Assembly (NCBI GenBank): GCA_003517965.1
Contig: DOZO01000041.1
Location: forward strand, 19,526 to 83,525
Direction: 5' to 3'
DNA from: Desulfobulbaceae bacterium
Lineage (GTDB): Bacteria > Desulfobacterota > Desulfobulbia > Desulfobulbales > Desulfurivibrionaceae
Length of the DNA stretch: 64,000 nt
Below the pieces are notes generated by a model, which saw only the letters and a list, made by a program, of their open reading frames with translations, made no database searches and was not told where the DNA came from. Of this stretch, positions 57,031-64,000 are shown in pieces (the stretch's first letter is position 1; each line of letters starts with the position of its first letter). Both the position numbers and the translations under genes were made by a program.

Positions 57031-59247
57031 ATGCAACCCACCCTTTTTTCCATCGAATCAAAGTCCCCTCCCGCACGGCCTGCCAGCCAGATCAGCCGCA
57101 AGGCCTTGAACGAGGCGCAATACGAGGCGGTGACCACGGTGAACGGGCCGGTGCTGGTTATTGCCGGGGCAGGCAGTGGCAAAACCCGTACCCTGGTCTA
57201 TCGCCTGGCCCATCTGGTTGAGCAGGGCGTGCCCCCGGAGCAGATCCTGCTTTTGACCTTTACCCGCAAGGCCTCCCAGGAGATGTTGCACCGGGCCAGC
57301 TTGCTGCTGGACGATTCCTGTCGCCGGGTGATGGGCGGCACCTTCCATGCCACGGCCAATCTGCTGCTGCGCCGCTATTGCCGTCATCTCGGCTATGCGG
57401 CCAATTTTACCATCCTCGACCAGTCCGATGCCGAGGGCATCGTCAATCTGCTTAAATCCTCCTTGAATCTGGGGGGCGAGAACAAGCGTTTTCCCTCCAA
57501 ACGGGTGGTGGTCAGCATCCTGAGTAAGTCAGTGAACAAGGGCCTTGGGATCGAACAACTGGTCGAGACCGAGTATGGCCATTTTCATGATTTTGCCGAT
57601 GATCTGCAGACCATTGCCCGCCATTACCAGAAATTCAAGCTTGAACACAGCCTCATGGATTACGACGATCTGCTGGTGAATTGGCGCCGGATTCTCGAAG
57701 AGTTCCCTGAGATACACGAGGAGCTGGCCACCCGTTTCAGCCATATCATGGTGGATGAATATCAGGACACCAATCCTATTCAGGCAGCCATTGTTCGTTT
57801 GATGGCGGCGCGGTATAATAATGTGATGGTGGTGGGCGATGATTCCCAGTCCATCTACAGTTTTCGCGGTGCTGATTTTCGCAACATCATGGATTTCCCC
57901 AATCTTTTTCCCGAAACCCGGCTTATCCGTCTGGAAGAGAACTATCGGAGTACCCAGAAGATCCTTGACCTGACTAACGCCATCATCGACAAGGCCCAGG
58001 AAAAATATACCAAGACCCTGTTCACCAACATCACGGGCGGGGAAAAGCCGGTGGTTTATGGGGCCAGGGATGAGGTCGCCCAGGCCCGCTATGTGGCGGA
58101 AAAAATCGTGGCCTTGCGCAAAGCGGGTGAGCCGCTCGATGAGATGGCGGTGCTCTTTCGCTCCGGTTTTCATTCGTACAAGCTGGAGCTTGATTTGAGC
58201 CACAGGCAGATTGAGTTTGAAAAACGCGGCGGGTTAAAGCTCAACGAGCTGGCCCATAACAAGGATGTCATCTCCTATCTGCGGGTGGTGGCTAATCCCC
58301 ACGACCATCTCTCCTGGAACCGGCTTCTGCTGCAGCTCGACAAGGTGGGGCCCAAGACGGCCCAGAATATCCTGAGCCGGGTCAAGAGTGCGGATGATCC
58401 TCTGACGGCCCTTAAGCAATACCCGGCTGGAAAAACCTGGGCCAAGGGTTTGGCTGAGCTGCTGGCGATGCTCGAAGAGCTGAGGCTGCCGGGGATGGGC
58501 GTGGGTCAGATGTTTGAGCGGATCATGGACTACTACGAGCCGATCTTCGAGCGGCTTTACCACGACGATTATCCCCGCCGCCGCCGGGATCTGGACGAGT
58601 TGGGCCGGGTGATGGCTGGGTATGCGGAGTTGCAGACCTTTTTGGATGATGCCTCTCTCGATCCGCCCCAAGCCGGGGCGGTGGCGGAGGATGGGGGCAA
58701 ACGACTGGTGCTTTCCACTATTCATTCGGCCAAGGGTCTGGAATGGGACACGGTTTTTATCATCAATCTGGCGGAAGGCCGCTTTCCTTCGGCCCAGGCT
58801 GTGCTGCCGGCCCATCGGGAAGAAGAGCGTCGTCTGCTCTATGTGGCCGCGACCAGGGCCCGGAAACAGTTGTATCTGGTCTATCCGCAGGAGGTAATGT
58901 CTTACGATTCGTCATCAGCCGCGGGTGGGCCTTCCCCCTTTATTCAGGAGTTACCCCATGGCCTGACCCAGACCTCTGCGCCCCGGTTCTTTGCCTATGC
59001 AGGTGGGCAGGAGGAGCGGCATTCTGATATCCCCCCGTGCAGCTCTGGATCTCAGGCAGATTTGTCCACTCAGAGCGGGGCTGAGGCAGCCCCTAAGATC
59101 AAGCTCGGCAACCGGGTGCGGCATCCTTTCTTTGGGGAAGGTGTAGTGGAAAAGATTATCAGCCCCAAATCGGTGGAGATTTTATTCCACCGGCACGGCA
59201 GAAAAACCCTGCATCTTGATTATGCCAAGCTGGAGCTGATATCATGA
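57031..59247 (+). CDS. uvrD: UvrD/PcrA-family ATP-dependent DNA helicase
   Basis: LN.AQ, VIAGAGSGKT, TFT.KA, GTFH, VDEYQDTN, VGDD.QSIYSFRGA, LEENYRST, TIHSAKGLE, EERRL.YVA.TRA, C-terminal Tudor-like RV.HP.FG.G. Confidence 0.93.
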   Translation: MQPTLFSIESKSPPARPASQISRKALNEAQYEAVTTVNGPVLVIAGAGSGKTRTLVYRLAHLVEQGVPPEQILLLTFTRKASQEMLHRASLLLDDSCRRVMGGTFHATANLLLRRYCRHLGYAANFTILDQSDAEGIVNLLKSSLNLGGENKRFPSKRVVVSILSKSVNKGLGIEQLVETEYGHFHDFADDLQTIARHYQKFKLEHSLMDYDDLLVNWRRILEEFPEIHEELATRFSHIMVDEYQDTNPIQAAIVRLMAARYNNVMVVGDDSQSIYSFRGADFRNIMDFPNLFPETRLIRLEENYRSTQKILDLTNAIIDKAQEKYTKTLFTNITGGEKPVVYGARDEVAQARYVAEKIVALRKAGEPLDEMAVLFRSGFHSYKLELDLSHRQIEFEKRGGLKLNELAHNKDVISYLRVVANPHDHLSWNRLLLQLDKVGPKTAQNILSRVKSADDPLTALKQYPAGKTWAKGLAELLAMLEELRLPGMGVGQMFERIMDYYEPIFERLYHDDYPRRRRDLDELGRVMAGYAELQTFLDDASLDPPQAGAVAEDGGKRLVLSTIHSAKGLEWDTVFIINLAEGRFPSAQAVLPAHREEERRLLYVAATRARKQLYLVYPQEVMSYDSSSAAGGPSPFIQELPHGLTQTSAPRFFAYAGGQEERHSDIPPCSSGSQADLSTQSGAEAAPKIKLGNRVRHPFFGEGVVEKIISPKSVEILFHRHGRKTLHLDYAKLELIS

Positions 59248-60575
59248 ATTATCAGGAGGCTTGGGCCTTTCTCGATAATCTGCAATTTTTCAAGATCAAG
59301 CTGGGGCTTGAGAGTATGAGTCAGTTTCTCGAGGAGGTGGGCAACCCGCACCGGGCCTTGCGTTATGTGCATGTGGCGGGGACTAACGGCAAGGGCTCTG
59401 TTTCCACCACTCTGCGCACCATCCTGAGCATGGGGGGGTACAAGGTCGGGTTGTATACCTCGCCTCATTTAAGCTGCGTGCGGGAGCGTTTCCAGATAGA
59501 TGAGCGGTTTATCTCCGAAGAGGCATTTTCCCGGCATGCCAGTGTGATTCGGGAGTCGCTGGGAGAGCGGCAGATTACCTATTTTGAGTTTGCTACGGCT
59601 CTGGCTCTGCTCTGGTTTGCTGAGGAACAGGTGGATGTGGCCATTCTGGAAGTTGGCCTGGGCGGCAGGCTTGACGCCACCAATGTAATCATCCCCTTGG
59701 TTAGCGTGATTACTAATGTCAGCATGGATCATGAGCAGTACCTTGGTAACACCCTGGCGGCAGTGGCTTACGAAAAGGCAGGGGTCATCAAGCCAGGTGT
59801 GCCAGTGATTGCCGGGGTAGGCGCGGATGAAAGCCTGGCGGTGGTGACCCAGACCTGCCAGGAGCGCCAGGCCCCCTTGTTTCTGCTGGGGCGGGAGTTT
59901 GCGGCAATTCGGGCTCAGGAAGGAAGCTGGCAGTATAGAGGCATTGAGCATAATCATTTCTTGACGGGATTACATTGCCGTCTTAAAGGAGGGTACCAGG
60001 TTGGCAATGCTGCCCTGGCTTTGGCCGCGCTGGAAATTATCTCTGATTGTTTGCCGGTGAGCGGGGAGGCGATCCGGCAAGGGCTGCTTTCCGTGACCTG
60101 GCCAGGCCGCCTTGAATATTTCTGTCTTGAAGACGGAAAGGCAAGGGAGTGTTCAGCCGAAATCGAAACCGGTAAGGTTGCCTCTATACGCCGTTATCTG
60201 CTGGATGGGGCGCATAATCCTGCCGGGGTTGAAAGCCTCAAGGATGCCCTGGTCAGCGAATTTTACTACGACAGGCTCATTCTGGTCTGGGCCTGCATGG
60301 CGGATAAGGATATTGCCGCTACCCTTGCTACTATCGCCCCGCTGGCGGATCGGATCATTTTTACCCGTCCGGAAAGTGAGCGTTCGGCAACCCCTGAGCA
60401 GTTGATCGCTTTCCTTGGTGCAGACGGCAACAAGGCACAGGGGGTGGCAACGGTTGCCGAGGCTCTGGCCCTGGCTGCTGAGCTGGCGAACGCCGGGGAT
60501 CTGATCTGTGTGGCCGGTTCTCTTTATCTGGTAGGGGCGGCGCGCAAGATTTTGCTGGGGGAGGTGGCGCCATGA
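59244..60575 (+). CDS. folC: Folylpolyglutamate synthase / dihydrofolate synthase
   Basis: HVAGTNGKGS, YTSPHL, TYFE, EVGLGGRLDATN, DH..YLG, EKAG..K, WPGR, LDGAHN, GSLYL. Confidence 0.96.
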   Translation: MNYQEAWAFLDNLQFFKIKLGLESMSQFLEEVGNPHRALRYVHVAGTNGKGSVSTTLRTILSMGGYKVGLYTSPHLSCVRERFQIDERFISEEAFSRHASVIRESLGERQITYFEFATALALLWFAEEQVDVAILEVGLGGRLDATNVIIPLVSVITNVSMDHEQYLGNTLAAVAYEKAGVIKPGVPVIAGVGADESLAVVTQTCQERQAPLFLLGREFAAIRAQEGSWQYRGIEHNHFLTGLHCRLKGGYQVGNAALALAALEIISDCLPVSGEAIRQGLLSVTWPGRLEYFCLEDGKARECSAEIETGKVASIRRYLLDGAHNPAGVESLKDALVSEFYYDRLILVWACMADKDIAATLATIAPLADRIIFTRPESERSATPEQLIAFLGADGNKAQGVATVAEALALAAELANAGDLICVAGSLYLVGAARKILLGEVAP

Positions 60576-60868
60576 GCCTGGATGAAAATCTGTACGGTGA
60601 AGGGGTGGACGAGGAGGATATCCGGCGTGAACGTGCCAAGGCAAGAGAGATTCGGAAAAGCAGATGGTGGCAGACAAAGCTTTCCCTGGGAATCTGCTAT
60701 TATTGCGGCACCAAGACCCCGGCCAAGGAACTCACCATGGATCATATCGTGCCTCTGGCCAGGGGAGGGACAAGCAGCAAGGGGAATCTTGCCGCCTGCT
60801 GCAAGGAATGCAATAACCTGAAACGAACTATGCTGCCCATCGAATGGGATGTATATATGCAAAAGTAA
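60572..60868 (+). CDS. Small HNH endonuclease
   Basis: CYYCG, LTMDHIVPL.RGG, N....CKECN. Confidence 0.88.
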   Translation: MSLDENLYGEGVDEEDIRRERAKAREIRKSRWWQTKLSLGICYYCGTKTPAKELTMDHIVPLARGGTSSKGNLAACCKECNNLKRTMLPIEWDVYMQK

Positions 60869-60887
60869 GGGACTTAGCTGATATTAT

Positions 60888-63800
60888 ATGAATTTGCTTA
60901 GAATCACCAGCCTGCGTCTCAGAACCAGGATCATTCTTTCCTGTGCTGTTGTTGGCCTGTTAGGGCTAATTGGTTCGGCTTTGCTGCTTCCGCGGCTCAT
61001 GGAACTTGACACGCTCAAAGCGCAGATGACTGTCAAGATAAATGCCCGGCTGGAGGGCTCTCTGCAGACCGATCGTCTGGAATGGAGCTGGTTGCCCCTG
61101 CCTCATCTGAAGCTGCACAATACCCGCTTTACCAGCGCGAAAACCGCGTTTGTCGTGCCCCTGGCCAAGGTGTATCCAGACTGGTGGCCCTTGCTTCGTG
61201 GTCAGGTTCGGATCGGCAAGATTTTGTTGGAGAGTCCGGAGATTATGGTTAATGGGTTGCCGGCCTCGTTGTCCGAACCACCTGACCCTGAACTTGTCGG
61301 CCTGAAAGTGGTCATCCGCAACGGTACCTTGCAGGTTGCTCCTAACAGCCAGTGGCATTTGTTGCCACAAACTTTCTCCATGAAAGCCCTGAATGGCAGG
61401 GTGACGGCCGGTTTGGCCGCCATTGATTTTGATCTTGCCGGGGTGCCTGTGGAGGGAGGACATCTTGCGATGTCCGGCCGGTATCTGCGTGCGGATGAAG
61501 CCTATCGCGTAAAATTTGCCTGCCGCAATTTTAATCTGCATAAGGTGATTTCTTCCCTTGCCCAGGGGAAACTGGCGCTTACCGATTCTCCGCTTAATCT
61601 CACTGGCAGCCTTGAAGGCCGTGGGTTTGCAAAAATCACCGGAAAAATCGTGGGTGATTCGCTTTGTCTGCTGGCGTTTCCAAAAGATAAAAAAATCGTG
61701 CTGAATTGCGGAGTTGTTGATCTGACCTTTGCTAAAGATGGTTACGATCTGCTGTTGACGCTTAATGAAGTAGAACTGCATGAACCGGGACTGAAAATCG
61801 CAGGTACGGTTCGGCGTTCCGGTGCAGAAAATACAAATTCCGCGCCCGTGTGGCAGATTGATCTCAAAGGCGAGAATCTTGATCTAACCAAAATTCGCGC
61901 CGCTGTCCTCGCCGTGTGGGGGGAGAAGGAGATTGTCAAAGAGATTTGCGAAATCGTGCAGGGCGGCACGGTCGGCAAGGCCAGTTATGCCTTTAAGGGC
62001 AGGGCGGCTGATTTTGAATATGTGCGTAAAATGCAGGTTACAGCCGAGGATATTGATGCCACCATCAAGATTCCGGAAGTCGATCTGGTGCTTACCAACA
62101 CGACGGGCAAGATGCGGATCGAAGGCGGCATTCTCACGGTGGATGCCGATCAGGCTCAGATGGGCAACAGCCGGGGCAAGAATGGCCGTCTGCTCCTCGG
62201 TCTGCCGGATGATGATTTTCTCTTTAAACTTGATGTCGATCTTGATGCTGATCTGGCTGAGCTTCCAGAGGTTCTGGGTCGGCTTGTCGAGCACCAGCCT
62301 TTTCTCAACGAGTTGGCCAAGTTCACTGCGGTCTCGGGTCGGGCCAACGGACATTTGCATCTTGGCGATCATCTGAAAAATTTCCAGGTCGCCCTTGACG
62401 TTGCCGCCATGCAGGGTAAGGGACGCTATGCCCCTTTGGCCTCGGATTTTGTTATCGAGAGCGGGGCGCTGACTATTGCTCCGACCTCGTTGCAATGGCG
62501 GAACGTGCGTGGCTCCTATGGCAACCATGTGGTGCAAAAGACAGCCGGGCAGGTGCGTTGGCCAGACGAGGTTTTTTTCGCATGTCAGCTTGACGCGGTG
62601 TTGGCGGCTAAAGAGCTGGCAAAGGAAGACTTATCCAAGTTCAAGGAAATAAGCGGGGCTCTGCACGAAAATATCACCCGGGCGGATGGCAGGATAGAGC
62701 TGCGCAATACCACAATTTCCGGAAAGGTCTCGGAGCCTAAGCTGTGGAAGGCTGACTCGGATGTTATCTTTCAAAATCTTAGCGTGAAAACGCCGTTTTT
62801 TCCGGAAACGATACTGGTGAAACAGGGAAAGGGTCATCTTTCGCACAAGGAGATTACGGTCTCTAATGCCACCGGCTCCATCTTTGGCGATTCGTTTGTT
62901 ATGGACGCATCATTGACCTATAAGACCTTTGCCGAACTGCGGGGCAAGATATCCCTGCAAGGCAGAGTTGGGCAGAGCTTTGGCCAATGGCTGAAGAGTA
63001 AGGATTTCATTTCCCCAGACCTTTTCCCTCGCCTGCCCTTTCAGCTGGAGTCATTGCAGGTTGACCTGCAGGAAGAAAAAACCTATGTCAGGGGGATGAT
63101 CAAGCCGGAGGGCGCAGTATTTAGTCCACCTAAGGTAGATTTTTCTCTGGAACTGGCCAAGGACGATTCTCTGACCCCGCTAAACGGGATAAGTGAGCCA
63201 ACGAATTTATCTTCTGCCGAAAAAACGCAGAAAATAAATGCTAACTTACTAAAAATGGCGGCGCATGTTTACGGTGGCAAGGAAGAAGCCACGATCAGCC
63301 TGAATTTTCTGGACAAAACCAGAGAAGCTTTTCTCTTTTCCTGGAAGGGTGAATTATCCAAACAAACCGTTGATCAACTGTTGGATCAAAAAGGTCTGCT
63401 GCAAGGAAAGATCACCGGAGATTTTCAGCTTTATCTGCCTTCAGACCCCAGCAAGGTTGCTTTTTCCGGGCATCTTGAGGCCAAGGATCTGCGCTGGCTT
63501 ATGGATCAGGAGATTGAACGTTTCCTTGATATTCAGGAGCTACAGCTGGTGGGGAAAGGCAAGGATCTCCAGGTGAAGCGTCTGGCCTGTGCTTTAAATG
63601 ACAAGGAATCCGTGGTGGTCAATGGGCTGGTCTCAAGGGTGGCCAAGGGGTTTGACTTAAAGCTTGATCTTGCCTCTAAGGCCTTGTCCAGGGAAACGCT
63701 GCTTGATTTGCAGACAACCCTTAAACGGATCAAAGACAAGGAGCGCAAATCATCTGCTTCAGGAGAATCCTGGCAGACATCCTGGATCACCGGCACCGTG

Positions 63801-64000
63801 GCCTTTGCCGTGGATGAATTTACTGCCGCTCATAAAACAGGGGAGGGCGTCTTTTCAACTCTGGTGTGGCAGCCGTTCAAGGGCGAAATTAAGATTCATC
63901 CACATTGGCAGTGGTCTACAGTTATCACCAATGGCCGCCTCTGCTGCCTGGACACTACTGGCGCCTGGTTTTCCACGCCTGAGCTGGGCATAAACCATTT
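60888..64000 (+). CDS. AsmA-like / YhdP-like large periplasmic protein (3'-partial)
   Basis: ATG 60888 gives MNLLRITSLRLRTRIILSCAVVGLLGLIGSALLLP (N-terminal TM), W.WLPLPHL, then beta-rich sequence. The frame was open at the points checked, up to the window end; it is absent from the ORF track, consistent with no stop. Confidence 0.7.
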   Translation, partial: MNLLRITSLRLRTRIILSCAVVGLLGLIGSALLLPRLMELDTLKAQMTVKINARLEGSLQTDRLEWSWLPLPHLKLHNTRFTSAKTAFVVPLAKVYPDWWPLLRGQVRIGKILLESPEIMVNGLPASLSEPPDPELVGLKVVIRNGTLQVAPNSQWHLLPQTFSMKALNGRVTAGLAAIDFDLAGVPVEGGHLAMSGRYLRADEAYRVKFACRNFNLHKVISSLAQGKLALTDSPLNLTGSLEGRGFAKITGKIVGDSLCLLAFPKDKKIVLNCGVVDLTFAKDGYDLLLTLNEVELHEPGLKIAGTVRRSGAENTNSAPVWQIDLKGENLDLTKIRAAVLAVWGEKEIVKEICEIVQGGTVGKASYAFKGRAADFEYVRKMQVTAEDIDATIKIPEVDLVLTNTTGKMRIEGGILTVDADQAQMGNSRGKNGRLLLGLPDDDFLFKLDVDLDADLAELPEVLGRLVEHQPFLNELAKFTAVSGRANGHLHLGDHLKNFQVALDVAAMQGKGRYAPLASDFVIESGALTIAPTSLQWRNVRGSYGNHVVQKTAGQVRWPDEVFFACQLDAVLAAKELAKEDLSKFKEISGALHENITRADGRIELRNTTISGKVSEPKLWKADSDVIFQNLSVKTPFFPETILVKQGKGHLSHKEITVSNATGSIFGDSFVMDASLTYKTFAELRGKISLQGRVGQSFGQWLKSKDFISPDLFPRLPFQLESLQVDLQEEKTYVRGMIKPEGAVFSPPKVDFSLELAKDDSLTPLNGISEPTNLSSAEKTQKINANLLKMAAHVYGGKEEATISLNFLDKTREAFLFSWKGELSKQTVDQLLDQKGLLQGKITGDFQLYLPSDPSKVAFSGHLEAKDLRWLMDQEIERFLDIQELQLVGKGKDLQVKRLACALNDKESVVVNGLVSRVAKGFDLKLDLASKALSRETLLDLQTTLKRIKDKERKSSASGESWQTSWITGTVAFAVDEFTAAHKTGEGVFSTLVWQPFKGEIKIHPHWQWSTVITNGRLCCLDTTGAWFSTPELGINH

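Noticed and set aside
1-64000. tRNA, rRNA or intact IS/transposase genes
   Set aside because: None recognised. The intergenic gaps are short and no ORF shows DDE, HUH or recombinase motifs.

Overview
The window has three parts. (1) About 1-52,340 is a large, co-directional (+ strand) surface-polysaccharide locus. It opens with a cis-encoded RfaH/NusG paralogue followed by an ops-like element, then gmd-fcl. Next is a ~5.5 kb array of toxin-antitoxin/defence modules separated by a recurring GTCCCC/GGAAC-type junction motif and a 76-bp repeat. It continues with a PglK-like ABC exporter, a pseudaminic-acid-type pathway (pseB, pseC, and a pseG-GNAT-formyltransferase fusion joined by a G10 tract), three NeuB-like synthases, three cytidylyltransferases, an HpcH-aldolase/KdsB module, methyltransferases, glycosyltransferases and a frameshifted membrane-protein/MurJ fusion. 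Nested inside are a GC-richer module coupling a UDP-sulfoquinovose synthase (SqdB) homologue to NeuB/NeuC/NeuA, which may make a sulfonated sialic-acid-like sugar, and an AlbA-2 ATPase gene flanked by a 152-bp duplication. (2) The locus ends in a priming sugar-transferase gene cut off exactly at an inverted copy of the junction motif, followed by a decayed DUF4160/DUF2442 pair. (3) About 52,600-64,000 is housekeeping: lpxC, proC, nadK, YtxH/DUF948, uvrD/pcrA, folC, a small HNH gene and an AsmA-like gene running off the end. The gene content suggests a Desulfobacterota (deltaproteobacterial) genome, which is an inference. All calls come from reading motifs by eye; no database search was run.
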